A DNA stretch of 64,000 bases from Octopus sinensis (GCF_006345805.1 NC_043001.1:7626001-7690000), one strand, 5' to 3'. Shown: positions 13,263 to 27,944, counted from the first letter of the stretch. A program made the numbers and translations. The notes: a model not told the origin generated them from the sequence alone.

Positions 13263-13720
13263 CAACATATAGATATATCTATACGGATATGTACAATACT
13301 TTGCATTTATAGACGATTTTTCGCATTCATATATATTATTCTTCTAATAGATAGGTATAATAAATTATTTACTTCCGTCTTCATATATTTGTAGATTTTT
13401 TACAATTTTGACGAGTAAATATTTAAAACTTATTGCTTAAATTTCCGCACAGACTTTTACGTAACTAAGATTTACTGCACAAGTATTCAGGTTTCTGTGT
13501 GTGAATCGAAAATTAAATTTCTGTTATATTTGGTAGCAAATTATTTCCTCTGCTACGGGTTAAATTTAAATCAATGCTTTATTCCACATATTTTGTCTGC
13601 GGAGTTAATTTGTTGGCGTAGTAATATTTCTATCGTTTAAGTATTTGTTGTTTAGTTAGCTTCGAATCTCTGTTACTTTTATTTTCTTAACTTGATCATA
13701 CGTTTAATATATGCATACGT

Positions 13721-14118
13721 AGGCGCAGGAGTGGCTGTGTGGTAAGTAGCTTGCTCACCAACCACATGGTTCCGGGTTCAGTCCCACTGCGTGGCATCTT
13801 GGGCGAGTGTCTTCTGCTATAGCCCCGGGCCGACCAATGCCTTGTGAGTGGATTTGGTAGACGGAAACTGAAAGAAGCCTGTCGTATATATGTATATATA
13901 TGTGTGTGTGTGTGTGTTTGTCCCCCTAGCATTGCTTGACAACCGATGCTGGTGTGTTTACGTCCCCGTCACTTAGCGGTTCCGCAAAAGAGACCGATAT
14001 AATAAGTACTGGACTTACAAAGAATAAGTCCCGGGGTCGATTTGCTCGACTAAAGTCGGTGCTCCAGCATGGCCGCAGTCAAATGACTGAAACAAGTAAA
14101 AGAGTAAAGAGTAACGAG
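13721..14118 (+). mobile_element. Full-length tRNA-derived SINE (CORE-like centre, internal AT/GT tract, GAGTAAA tail)
   Basis: AGGCGCAGGAGTGGCTGTGTGGTAAG...GGGTTCAGTCCC (A/B boxes), CTTGGGCGAGTGTCTT core-like block, 3' GCTCCAGCATGGCCGCAGTCAAATGACTGAAACAAGTAAAAGAGTAAAGAG; multiple copies in window. Confidence 0.85.
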
Positions 14119-14145
14119 TATACGTACATGCATACACACATAATG

Positions 14146-14198
<53 letters not shown>

Positions 14199-15649
14199 AG
14201 TGAGAGAGGGGGAGAGAGACAAATATATAGATAGATAGATAGATTGATTGACTGATAGATAGATGGATGAGTGTGAATGTGTGTATGTATATATATGTGT
14301 GCGTGTATACGCATATGCATGCATGAATTTAAAGGCGCGTGCCTGTGGAGTAATCAGCCACTTCCACTTTAATTTTCTCAAGCAAAGCGTCCTGTCAATA
14401 TGATCAAACGACGGAGGGTCACTGCGTTTGAATACCATTCTAAATGCAAATCTGAAAGGTAGTAATTTCTGTATTTCTGTACTGAATAACAAACGGGTCA
14501 TTGCTAAATATTTTGGTTTCGTCAGCGTATGCTTACGGTGTAATTACTAAATGTTATAAAATACATTACAATTGCAGTCAAAATGAATTGCATAAAGAGT
14601 AAACAATTTAAGTGTTTTGCCCAGTAATCATGTTAAGACGGGTTAAAGTGTACGAAATATGGCTGCTTTTGAACTTACGTTATTTTAATTACTAAATATG
14701 CCTGTTTATATTTACTAAAGCATTTTAGCATGAAATTAAATCTATATTGGTAATTTTATTTGTTTTGTTTTCAAATAAAATTTAACTCAGTTTAAATATA
14801 AATAAATGAAATTTCATAATTGTCAAAATGGAAATATATTTGTAGTAAACATAATTGAAATATTTCGAACACGTAATAGAGAAAATATTTCAAACAGAAG
14901 CCATAATTACAAACACACTACAACACCCAAAACGAAAATTAGTAATATATTTGCATTTTAATTAATCTGAAATTTATTCTTTTCCTCCTATATACATATA
15001 CACAGGGAAAAAAAGAGAGAATGAATTACGGAAATAATCATTAATATTAGTATCAAGTGTTTGTTAAAACTGAAATAAAAAATGTAGTTTTGCATATGAT
15101 ATACACATTCTCTAATTCAACCAGATTTTTATTTACGTCACGCTTATTTGAACAATAACTTGGTTGGCATTATGATTTTGGCAGCAGAATATTTGGCAAA
15201 CTGTGTATTAAACAATGTTAATTACAAGGGAGTATATCAACGTCGGGTGCTGAGTGTGTAACAGGGGTTTTTGACGTAGCAATATATTTAGCGTTTGAAA
15301 TATTACACACAAAACACACACATTCACGTAGATAAGTATATGTAGGTTCATACATGAACATATAATATACGTTCATATATATATTCATAAGATATATACT
15401 TCCACACAAAAACACTCGAACACATACAAACATATATATATATATATACAAATGTGTTATATATATATATATATATACCGCAGATAAGAAAATGGAGAGG
15501 ATTAAAAAATGACATACATCAGCCAGTAGACATTCTAGTATGTCTCTTCAATATATTAGGAAGTATTAGAAGAATACATACACATGTAATAACTATGTGT
15601 TACATACAAATGTATTAATATTACAGTCATATATATATATATATATATA

Positions 15650-16380
15650 TGTTGCTTTCGAAAACCACATGCAAATTCGAACCGTCTGCCAGTTTGATAA
15701 GAAGTTGATTCATTTCAATGCTAATTGGATCAACTTGTGCACGGACTTCCACTGCTTCTGCAATCGAATTTTGCTGGTCCAGGTCAGCGAGTTACAAGAT
15801 GTGAATTGCCTCCTCGATGTTTTAACAAACGTCAGACACAAACAATTTTATATCTAGCTCAGGGGGCACATCTTTGATTTTTATTATTGTGATCCTACAA
15901 CAAAAAGTATGTAGGTATCATCATTAAGTTCTCGGATACAAGAGACTTTGTGGAGAGGTCCTTGGCTCGTTTTTCACTGTCGAATCTAACTTCTATTGTG
16001 GCAAATATTTTTCCACTGGTGATGTACTCTTTAAGGGCCCATACGGGCCTTAAACATTTATCTACTGTGGAATTTTTTCGAAATTGATCGGAATATTTTG
16101 AGCATGATCCCCTAAATCGATAAAAGAGAAAACACTTTGCTCTCATGTGTCTATTCCCTCCCTGCCTGAGGTTACCATGGCTTTTTCTCAGGCTTTTCTT
16201 TCCCTGGATAAAACTAATTTTTCTTTTCACATTTTAAATATTTTCTGTGATACACGATGCATTTTAATCGCTGTTTTCTTTCACCATGCATTTTTGATTG
16301 GAATTTTATTTTCCTTCTTTTTTTCTATTTTCGAAAAGAAAACCTCTACATTGTATTTTGTCCTCACTTTGTCGGGCCCT
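15650..16380 (-). pseudogene. Probable LINE (L1/Tx1-like) ORF1 relic
   Basis: Non-repetitive peptide STVDKCLRPVWALKEYITSGKIFATIEVRFDSEKRAKDLSTKSLVSENLMMIPTYF, continuing after a frameshift as ITIIKIKDVPPELD; resembles an RRM-like retroelement ORF1. Family call is by recognition only. Confidence 0.45.
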
Positions 16381-17529
16381 GTGCGGCTAATAACGAAACT
16401 TAACTATCTATTTATCTACTTATCTATCTATCTCAGTGTATCTCTCTATCTGTCTCTCTCCCTCTCTATCTCTATCTCTCTATCTATATGCCTATCTCTC
16501 TATCTATCTGTCTATCTATCTATCAATCTATATATCTATCTGTGTGTTTGCCTATCTGCCTATCTTTCTATATATGAGTTCTGCTGACACAGATATTGTT
16601 AAAACTTCAGGAATGTTTTTGAGTTACTATTATTGGCAAGTAGGTGGTGATGTTAAACAAATCCACGCGCCATCTGACTTCGCAAAATAAAAGTGTTAAG
16701 AAAACTGATTAGTATTGTTCTTATTAATCCACAACCGTAGAGTGTTTCTTAATCCACACTGGTTTCTTCATTGAATGATAGATGTGTTGGTAAAATAATG
16801 CAAATTTCTTTCCTGAAAACGCGTGAAAAATATTCAGTGCAATATTACTTATGCATGGAAAAGTAAAAATTACTTTATGTAGATCTCTATCTGTTCTGTA
16901 TGAACCATGAGCTAATCGTCATTTTCCCGTAAAGCCGAGCACATAACATGTTTGCATTGAAATTCTCACTTGTTTTATCATCATCCTCATCATCATTGTA
17001 CAGTTTCTATTGCAATATAAGTTTAAACATGATGAGGGATTATACATGTATGAATTCCATTCAAGCGACGATATATTCTATTAAAATATTGCTCTTTATT
17101 TCCATAAAGGTTTCTATCCAAGAGATGAAATTCACACGTTTTGCTACAGGGTAGAAATAGTACATATATTACATTCTTGTAGTTAATATCAGTTTGTTAA
17201 AAATATTGCCAACGGCCAGATATGCAGCATATCACTGAAGAAACGAATTCAATATGGATCGATATTTTCAATAGTTTGCGAGTTGATTTGTGTTGCACGT
17301 ATCAAGGAGTTAACGTGGACGTTGTCGTTAAAAGTCTCAAATATCATGTGAATTTGATTTAAAGCCATTCTGCCATTTCGATTATAACTCAATCATTGAA
17401 TATCTATTGCCCAGCCACCAGAACAACAAAACAATTTGTCAGTGATTTCCACAGGATAATTCCATTAGCGTGATTCAAATTGTGACGTTTGCTGTATTAA
17501 AGGGTGAACAAACGTTTAAGCGTGCATTG

Positions 17530-17564
<35 letters not shown>

Positions 17565-17596
17565 ATGTATGTATATATATATATATATATGTATGC

Positions 17597-17684
<88 letters not shown>

Positions 17685-17734
17685 GAAAAAAACAAGTCAA
17701 GATAGAAAATGCTAAAATAATTTTATAAAGAACA

Positions 17735-17780
17735 TTTCAGTACCGGTTTCTTCGTCATTTTGAGACCTTTTCAACTGTAA
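17735..17780 (-). ncRNA. Minimal hammerhead-like motif with U3-A8 core, within a ~17685-17870 repeat fragment
   Basis: Minus strand: TTACAG TTGAAAA GGTC-TCAAAAT-GAC GAA GAAAC CG GTA CTGAAA; stem I CAG/CTG, palindromic stem III ACCGGT, GUA; stem II junction imperfect. Confidence 0.55.
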
Positions 17781-17961
17781 CGATTAAAAAATTAAATTTA
17801 GAAAAATTAAAAGCAAAGTTTTTTAAAAGAATATTTGTATAGTGTTCAAATATAAGTGGCATTTTCCTTGTTTCTGCTTTTCTCTGTCTCTCCTGTTTAC
17901 ACTTGTGGGTTCGAGGTCGTTGTGAATTCTTGGTAATATATATATATAACAGTTCTGAGAG

Positions 17962-18012
<51 letters not shown>

Positions 18013-18098
18013 AGAACTGCTTTAAATAAATAAATACATACGCATAATATAATGTGTAACAGCTGATGAATTGTACCTTTGGATTCCCTCCATTTTCC

Positions 18099-18137
<39 letters not shown>

Positions 18138-19249
18138 TACATACTCACACACATACGTAGACACATATTTTCATAGCTAAAATTATAACTAGCAAAAAGG
18201 TTATGCTAACCCTTGCTATAGTTATGTTTATACCCAATTTCCTATCGTTCATTATATGGTTTATGCGTCTCTGTTGTGTACATTTGCAGTAAATCACACC
18301 CGAATTCAAAATTAGTTACTTTAAGTAATACATTCATTAGAGATAATGAGTGGCTAATACATAATTATGCATGCCTATTGATTGCTATTAATAACTTCAT
18401 CTAGTGAATTCTGCACACGAAAGAGTATATGGGAATTAGTTAGATTTCACAATCATACCTACTTGTGACATTCGAATATTTCTCGATTATCGAATGATCA
18501 TATCACAAAATTCGTGTCACATTTGGCACAATCATCGTTAAATATATTGCCATAATTTCGTAGAAAATTACGCATTAATTGGTATAAGCCGATTAGTTAT
18601 ATCTTCAAATAACGGGTTTCCACAAAAAGATACCATATCTGCTTCAATTTTTGGATATCAGAAACAAGTGACGCGTTTATCATATATTCAAATATCATTT
18701 ACATCTAGCGACTTAATTAAATATCACAGACAAGTGTATAGCTTTTAATTGTGTCTATATATTTCTACGTGATGTTGTATCATGGAAAGATATAAAGACA
18801 AACACACAAATGTGTGTCTGTTTGTCAGTGTATGTTCTTTTCTGTGGCTATGTGTGTATATGTTTTTCTCTGTGTGTGTGTTTGAGGGGTATTTATGTGT
18901 GCGTGCTCGCGTGTGTCCGAATGATTGGAAGCAATTTAGTTTTATAATTTGCATATAATTTTAGCATATATAAACGAGATTCACTGCATAATTTCCACAG
19001 AAATAATGCTCACCAAAATAAAACAGAGAGAGAGACACACACAAACACACACACAATCATATACATGCATACATGCATATATATACATATACACACACCA
19101 CACACACACACATATATATATAATATATATATATAATATATAATATACATACATACTGCATACATACATACATACATACATACATACATACAATACATAC
19201 TTATTACATACATACATACATACATACATACTTACATATACATATACGT

Positions 19250-19344
<95 letters not shown>

Positions 19345-19942
19345 TTAGAGAAACTTGGATACATAAATACGTTTATTCTTTATTGCAGCTGCAAATAAGA
19401 AAACTTCCTAAATGTGTAAGAAAAAGGAGAATAAATATCATGTTCCAGAGAATTAATTTCGCAAACAATATCTAGGAAATCATACAATCACAGTTTTTAG
19501 ATTTTCGTTTTGTATTTGATTTATATTTTCGCGAATATATCTGTGAATATTTCTCTCAAAGCAAGACAATATAGCAAATGATCAGATTAAATAGAAAACA
19601 GAATTAGAGAAAAAGAAACCAATCTTTACTATTGTGCAATAATGATTTCACTGAGAAATCACGAAAACAGACAAAATCCCCCAATACGTTAATTTACACT
19701 GAAGCATGAAGTGAGCATTCAGAAATGTTATCAAACACACACATCCACATATTAGCGAATACACATATTCATGCGTTCTTACAAACAAACATATATACTT
19801 GCAAACGTATATAAATGTATGTGTGTGTGTGTATATACATATTTATGTATATATATATATATATATTTATATGTATATGTATATATATATATGGATATAT
19901 ATATATATGGATATATATATAACTATATAAATATATATATAT

Positions 19943-19983
<41 letters not shown>

Positions 19984-20052
19984 ATATATATATACGCAGA
20001 TATATATATATATACGTACATATGTATGTTGGTGTAAGCACATGTTATTTTA

Positions 20053-20145
<93 letters not shown>

Positions 20146-20211
20146 TATATATAATATTGATATATATATATATATACACACACACATATATATATATATA
20201 TACACATACAT

Positions 20212-20253
20212 CATACATACATACATACATACATACATACATACATACATACA

Positions 20254-20283
<30 letters not shown>
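20212..20283. repeat. (ATAC)n microsatellite within a larger 19.8-20.3 kb AT/AC simple-repeat block
   Basis: Direct reading. Confidence 0.9.
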
Positions 20284-20285
<2 letters not shown>

Positions 20286-21122
20286 CGTACATACATCCAT
20301 ATATGAGTAGGTGTAAGTACACATGGTTTTTAGCTCTGATTAGATATAAGTGATGAGATTTCATTTTTTTAATTTTATTTATATCATGATTTATAGTTTC
20401 TCGCTTTATAGTTATGGTAAATTATTTCTTGCGCACAATGAGAAAGAAATAGTGAGTGAGCGGAAGAATATGATATATACAAAATACGCATAAGTAGTAA
20501 GTAGGTGGTTGTGTTTGTCTATCATGGAAATGTTTCTATAATATATCTTATTATACTAATTCCATATTGCCTCCATTACATTTTTATTTATTCTGTTGGA
20601 CGTATAATGCGTTATCCTTAGGATATTGACTGCAAAAAACAACAGTGTTAATCTTTTCATAATACAAATAGAATTCAACAGGGATGCACCCCCGTTCATA
20701 TTTACGCAGACAACAATTGTGCGTACATTTAAATACTCGTTGGTACGCACACAAGCGCTAACAAACCAATGTGTATTCTTTGGAATTCCGGTGAATCTAC
20801 GAATAATACACACATACATATATTCATTCACATACATTCATTCACATACATATATTCATACATACATTCGTTCATACATATTTACATGCAGGCACACACA
20901 CATATATATATATGTGTGTGTGTGTGTGCTTGTGGGTGTTCGTTTGTGTATATACTTATACACATTTTTCTATTCATAAATATAAGGATATGGCGATACA
21001 GATATATAGGCATTCCATCTGCGTGTGTGTGCGCGCAAGTATACGTATCACTGTATAATTCCAATCGACTTTTTGTTGTATTTATATTCATGGTTTTGGA
21101 TTTCCACATATTTGTGTGTGTC

Positions 21123-21220
<98 letters not shown>

Positions 21221-21658
21221 GTGTGGCTACAGCCTCAGGGATGAAACATATAAAATGAATTAAAGAATAGAAGAATTGTTATGCGTTTATTCTTTAACAC
21301 TCACGCACATATATGTGTGTTTTGAGGTGAGCGTCTGTATCTCTCCTGATATTTGCGTCTGTGATGGCTATATCAATGTATTGTGGCACGTAAAATATTT
21401 AAGAAATATTTTCACTATTCTTTTATATTGATTCATTTAACAAATGTTCAGAATGTTACATAAACGAAGGAGAGAATCCAGTGTTTGTAGGTGCATGAAC
21501 AGTCTTTATTAACTTATATTTTTTATGAAATCCTGAATCCGTACGTCAGTACGCGCGAGAAATATGACTATAGACATCTATTTGTATATTTTAATCTGCA
21601 TTTGTCGTATGTGTGTCTGTTGTAAAAATGTATACGCGTAAATCTATATAAAATATAA

Positions 21659-21726
<68 letters not shown>

Positions 21727-21730
21727 TATA

Positions 21731-21868
21731 CGACAGGCTTCTTTCAATTTCCTTCTTCTAAATCCACTCACAAGGTAGAAGAACCCTGCCTAAGGTGGCA
21801 CGCAGTGGGATTGAACCTGGAACCATGTGGTTGGTAAACAAGCTACTTCTCACGCACCCACTCCTACG

Positions 21869-21871
<3 letters not shown>
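21731..21871 (-). mobile_element. tRNA-derived SINE 5' fragment (family of 13721-14118)
   Basis: Reverse complement of AGGCG.AGGAGTGG...AGTAGCTTG.TTACCAACCACATGGTTCCAGGTTCAATCCCACTGCG. Confidence 0.75.
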
Positions 21872-21955
<84 letters not shown>

Positions 21956-22196
21956 TCTGTAATTAAACGTACACACACGCACACGCGCACATGAACACGC
22001 ACACGTACACCCACGTGAACATATACAATTTACATATCTAAGCTGTTATAAATGAGGAATATATACAACTTGCAACTATACAATTTTAAACTAGCGAACT
22101 GCTTGAGTGCAACACTGAATATTATCCATATACACAAAATACAAACTGCAAAAGTATGGAAGTCCAACGGTATCTATTATTGCACTTCAACGTTTT

Positions 22197-22230
22197 AGTA
22201 GTAGTAGTAGTAGTAGTAGTTGTAGTAGTT

Positions 22231-22270
<40 letters not shown>

Positions 22271-22320
22271 CAGTAGTAGTAGTAATAGCAGTAGTAGTAG
22301 TAGTAGTGGTAGTGGTGGCG

Positions 22321-22351
<31 letters not shown>

Positions 22352-22447
22352 CCGTGGTAGTAATGGCTCGTTGATTATTTAAAAATAAGACACACCCCTA
22401 TTATGTAATATTCATCAGTATTTTTCATGAAAACTGCATATACTGAC
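22197..22447. repeat. (GTA)n microsatellite plus ~80-bp segment, repeated at ~27851-28075
   Basis: Both (GTA)n arrays run into GTAATG.CTCG.TGATTATTTAA.AA...TTATGTAA.ATT.ATCA.TATTTTTCATGAAAA.CTGCA. Confidence 0.75.
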
Positions 22448-22496
22448 ATACATATATGCATAAACATACACATACATTCATGCTTAAATACATGCA

Positions 22497-22527
<31 letters not shown>

Positions 22528-22529
<2 letters not shown>

Positions 22530-22646
22530 CACGTGATCACGTGACCGACCAGACCATCAGACGTTGTTACACATCGCTGGTCACAATGCGTTCGTATTGT
22601 TTTAGCCTTCGAATGACGACACCCCGCTGGCTAAGCGAGCAGGCCA
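22528..22646 (-). mobile_element. Retroelement 3'-end fragment with short (CACGTGAT)2 tail
   Basis: GC-richer 120-bp island in (ATAC)n; the minus strand ends GGTCTGGTCGGTCACGTGATCACGTGAT, like a LINE/SINE 3' terminus. Confidence 0.45.
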
Positions 22647-23350
22647 CATACATATATATATGCATACACATATCTAACGATAAATTCTTTTATTCTTCTA
22701 ATTATTTTCTGTCATTAGAAAGTGGCCTTTCAAGATTTAGTGATCGAATCTATGCCGAATCTATGTCTTAAACCTCGCACTTTTGCCGAAACGCTAAGTT
22801 ATGGGGATAGAAACAAGCTGACTTCCGTCGGTATCTTGGTGATGGTGGTGAACATACGCGAACTTAATGAGACTCTCGGAAATATATTAATGCATTTACA
22901 TAAATATACAGCTCTCTCACTCTTTTTCTCTGTCTCCCTCTCTCTCGCTCTCACTCTCTCTCTCTCTCGCTCTCGCTCTCGCTCTCTCTCTTGCTGGAGT
23001 TGAACTAGGGACAGCTGATGAAGGGGATTTCTTCTTGTGTAGTTGTCCTGTACACTGTTTGTTCGTTGTTAAAAAAATGGTCCGTCATACCGTTTATACC
23101 TTTTCGTTTCTCGCTGAGTTCTACGTCCATTTGTGGTGTCCTGTACACACGTATATATATTTATATATGCATGTATATATACATGTAAATGTAGGTACGT
23201 ACATATGTGTTTGTATGTATGCATATATTTTATTTATTACACTATTGTATGACTGAGCGCCTTCGCGTCGATTCGATTCGATTCTTTTGGTTTCGTTTCG
23301 TTCTTCTTCTTCTCTAAGCTGGTTTATATATATATATATATATACATATA

Positions 23351-23469
<119 letters not shown>

Positions 23470-25214
23470 CCCCGTCTGTGCACTTATCTACACACATTTC
23501 AATGGCATGATACAGTGGAATTGCCTGTGTTGTAATCTTCGCATGGACGTGTTATGTTAAAAACGCAATTTAATTCGAAATGATGGGAGGATCGTTACGG
23601 TAGTGGTTCATGAGAAAGAAGATGCATGTTGCCTTTCTCGATGTGTGTCTGATTACCTCACAATTTGCGACCGATTGCCTCATAATTTGCGCGCAGCGAG
23701 GTTTTCAATAAAACAGCTAGCTTCGGCAATAACAATTAATGATTTGTGCTCTGTTTTTTTTTATATATATATATATTAGCACGAAATTCCTTTACTTTAA
23801 CAATTGAGAACATGGTATTGATAAGCCTCGAGATAATCAAAATATGTGTCGTTTGCTTGTGTCAATGCAGCGACGATGTTCGTCTCACTCCGATGTATAT
23901 TGAGATTCTAAACAATTTGCACAATGCTACAGTGCCATGCCCTCTTCCGTCAGTATATTTCCATTTAGTATGATAAACACATAGAAATCCTATTTTAATG
24001 CTATTTAATTGTATACACCAAATTTATACACACACATCTCAGCCAGAAACCAAACTCACACGCACACATCCGCGTACAAACACATACGCGCACACATACA
24101 CACACAGAAATACTCACACACAAACGGGTATGCACGCACACACGCAAACACGCACACACGCAAACACGCACACATAAACACAAAGTTTGTGGAAAAACTT
24201 GCATTTTCCATTCAATGGCGACTGCGTAAATATGTATCTTACTTTAAATGTGAACGCCCCAGCAGAAAAGAAAAAAAAGCTTGATTCTACAATCAGAAAA
24301 TATTTTTAATTTAATATCAATTTAAATATCTAATATCCAGATACCGCTATCGAATATATAACAATGTATTGCTAGAAATGTTCAATAACATTTTATGAAT
24401 TCAATGCAGTTATGCTTTCCATAATATTTGGCCCAATGATGTTTTAGATTTCGTTTCTATTGAAGTCCGTATTCACTAGAAACTTTTAATCAATGCCTTA
24501 TACATCATGTGTATTTCTAACGTTTTTGTGTACTGCAAGTTCTTCGCTATGAATGTTAATAAACATCACAAGTAATTTTCAATGAATAATAATCGATCCA
24601 GAGAATGATGTTTCACTTGTATGGAAATATGATTACTGTAACTTTATTTGGCATCATTTTAAAACATGGCTGACATGTGCTGACTATTCCATTCAAAATA
24701 ATTAATAGGTATCGGAATTTCACATCGAGTGTCGTGAATTATATGGAGTTGAATATTTCGAAATTATGATTATAAAAATATCACTCTAAAAATCATAAAC
24801 ACCAGAACGTAAATTTAAATGCTTGTCAAAAGACATCTCCGAATTCTATATTTGAAGTGTTAGTATGATTTCGAATATATTTTGCGTTTCATTCGAAATA
24901 TATTAAAATATAATAAGTAGAAAAAAATGGTTTGCCTGAGGAAATGAGTATTCAATGAATGTATGCACTATTCTCAAGTAATTGTATTGTACACCTATCC
25001 ATATAAGTTAACTTAAATACTGTCGGAATTAGAAGAATCAAATAACTGAAGGTGATTATTATAAGCTGAATTTATGCCAAACAATATGGCTTCCCATTGA
25101 AAATTACAGAGCAAAACTGCAATTAAATTAAAATACTTCACAAATAATATAACGTATTTATTTACATTATTTGTTTTTGACAGATATTTGTCCTCGTCTT
25201 GTTTGTTGTTTGTT

Positions 25215-25260
25215 AACACAACGTTTCAGCTGATATACCCTCCAGCCTTCATCAGGTATC
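25215..25260 (-). ncRNA. Minimal type I hammerhead motif, canonical core
   Basis: Minus strand: GATAC CTGATGA A GGCTGG-AGGGTATA-TCAGCT GAAAC GTT GTGTT; palindromic AACGTT stem III, GUU triplet. Decayed mirror copy at ~25777-25822. Confidence 0.75.
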
Positions 25261-25315
25261 TTGGGGTAATTTCGAACCTGGGTTCTCATTTCTAAGGTAT
25301 TTTTCGATGTTGTTG

Positions 25316-25379
<64 letters not shown>

Positions 25380-25401
25380 CATTATTATTATTATTCAGGT
25401 C

Positions 25402-25476
25402 CCATGAGCATATGGCCTAGCGGTTAAGAGCTCGGCTATTAACCCCCAAGATTCCGAGTTCGATTCCAGTCAGTGA

Positions 25477-25480
<4 letters not shown>
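25402..25480 (+). promoter_or_regulatory. tRNA-derived head with internal Pol III A and B boxes
   Basis: TGGCCTAGCGGTTAAG (A box) and GAGTTCGATTCC (B box) at tRNA spacing; no complete acceptor stem, so not called a tRNA gene. Confidence 0.7.
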
Positions 25481-25542
<62 letters not shown>

Positions 25543-25641
25543 TAATAATAATTTTAACAAAACTGTAAAAATTTTATTCAGCATGAGACAATAAATTCTA
25601 ATTGAACTAAAAATTAGGATGTTCTATAGATTCATAAATGG

Positions 25642-25713
<72 letters not shown>

Positions 25714-25896
25714 GCAACAACAACAAATGGAAAAATACCTTTGGTAAGATAACCCAAGTTCGAAATTTCCCCCCAAGACATCTGATAAAGTCTAGAGGAT
25801 ATATTAGCCGAACCGTTGTGTTAACAACAATCAAGATGAGGACAAATATCCGTCAAATGTAAATAATGGACATAATTCCTCATCTCTTAAATATAG

Positions 25897-25934
25897 AACT
25901 GTATGGTGTATTTGAATTAATACACCATACAGTT
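25897..25934. repeat. Perfect 16-bp hairpin just beyond the HHR arm
   Basis: AACTGTATGGTGTATT-TGAATT-AATACACCATACAGTT. Confidence 0.8.
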
Positions 25935-27850
25935 TAATTTCCCATCGTTACAAGATATATTATAAAAGTTGTAAACTGCTGTGAGAATAAGACAATCCAT
26001 GTCTAATGTAAGTGTAGATAACCTATTTTTCTTTACTTCTGACGTTTTTGGCTGGATACTTGTGAACATATTCGATTATTTAAAACTCATGTTAAGTATT
26101 ATATCTGTAATGTTATCCATTTGGAGTGGAAGACGACAAAATGTTTGCGGTAGAAACATTCAAATATCTGTGGGTGGAATATACAATAACGAAACTTTCT
26201 CTCACACTCTCTTTGTTACTCTCCCTCTCATATTTCTCTGTTTTTTCGTTCACTCACACACACACACACACATCTTGGCATAACGGACGAATCGTGATGT
26301 GGAATATTTCGCTAAGAGAGCGAAATATTGGCAGTCATTTTATGTGTTGCCGCCAGCAGTGTGCCAGAACCTCTCAATAGGAGAATGGCCTATTGACACA
26401 TTGCTAATGACATGAGGTATTTCATATTTCCAATAGAAACATTACTAGGGCATATATTATCGCAAATTCCTTTTATTGAGACAGAGAAGGGAGTCGATGT
26501 AGAGGACTTACATGGCTCCATGAAGTGGAGGGGTCTTATCTGGCTTACACCAACAGAAAGAGAACACTAGTCCAAATAGTGCATGCCTCATATGCCCGCG
26601 AACGAGAGCCTCAGCATTTCTGTGTAATGGTTTAAAATGATCGTTAGGTACATAAATGTCCTGTGTCTGCCTGGCGTAAAGCCAGCATCATGGCATATGT
26701 ATATGTTTGCTTGAAAATTGTGGCAATATGTAACCGAATGGTGTCACTATACATTTAGAAGTTTTCATTATTGTACATTACCAGGAAATAGCAATGGAAT
26801 GTCATTGTGTTATGTTATAGTTGTTAGGAATATCATGGAACAAAGTAACGAAGTAAAGCTAGCAAGCTGCTCCCTATGGGACAGTGAAACCTTAATCCCT
26901 GGTACAATATTCCTAAAATATCAAAAGTAAAAAGAAATAAAATTGATGTGTCCTCACACCAATAACGAACAGCTTGATTCAAGAAAATCTTCCCAGCCTC
27001 ATCTAGGTGAAACCACAACATCCCTCAGAAGAAACAGTAGTATCTTAATGAAAACTCCTCCCTCATTTCAATAGCATCCTGTCTATTGATGAAAGATACT
27101 CGTTGACTAATCGCTATAGACAGCCGTCTTAAACATAAGAAATACCAGCAGCAGCAGCAAAAATTATTTTAATGTTTTAAGGATAGACGAATCGACCACT
27201 GCTGAAGTATAACTCAGCTTATATGAAGCGGATCTGGATTGTGTGAGGCAGCACCAGCAGACTTCGTATAGAAAGAGAAAAGCATAGACCAAAGTTATAA
27301 ATCAATTACACGAATAAAGCAGAATTCCACAGACTTGATTAATATTTTCTTTTCCCCTTTTTATGTAATTTTGTGTTTAATGGTTTTGATATATCATTCA
27401 GTCTTTTCAAACATTCTATTAAGCGTATAGTTGATGACAGTTGTCCAAAGTGCTACGCAATATGTCTGAACCCGGAGACCTATTAAAAGGAAATAAACTT
27501 CTTAGCACACAGCCACACCGGAATCCATCTTTAGAGATTTAAGTCAGATTTGCTTTCAAATAAAAGATAAATGATAAAAGATATCACGTAGATAAAATGA
27601 AGAACGAGCTAAATTCTTATAGACGCTTTCCTTCACCAAAATTTCGAGTTTTGTGCCTATTTGGCAATTCATACCAAATGAAGATTTGTCGACAGGCAGG
27701 ACAGCTTGCCTTTAATACTCTCAATGTCTGAAAACAATCAAGTATCAGTGAATTTGCGGGACTCGATTTGCTGTACTGATTCCCCGCCCGTTAAATTACC
27801 GGTGTGGTGCCTAACAATGGAGAAAAGACTTTAAAAAACCGCATCAGCAA

Positions 27851-27890
27851 AGTAGCAGCAGCAGCAGCAGCAGTAGTAGTAGGTAGTGGT

Positions 27891-27944
<54 letters not shown>

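Larger units (their letters stand above)
25160..25870. mobile_element. Fold-back element: HHR arm (-) / (TTA)n / tRNA-like head (+) / (AAT)n / HHR arm (+)
   Basis: 25160-25401 mirrors GACCTG-(AAT)n...AACAAC..GAAAAATACCT..AACCCA.GTTCGAAATT.CCCCAAGA..CTGAT.AAG..GTTGTGTTAAC..GAGGACAAATATC.GTCAAA of 25475-25870. Confidence 0.8.

Noticed and set aside
18055-18100. ACAG CTGATGA motif (also at ~23011-23035)
   Set aside because: No downstream GAAA/NUH and stem I partner; incomplete.
22156-22374. Poly-Val ORF (and poly-Ser ORF at 27804-28013)
   Set aside because: Translations of the (GTA)n microsatellites.
25402-25480. Possible tRNA gene
   Set aside because: A/B boxes are present, but there is no acceptor stem or clean anticodon arm; treated as a tRNA-derived head.
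26370-27130. Possible old LINE RT relic
   Set aside because: Composition is suggestive, but I could not read a convincing RT motif.
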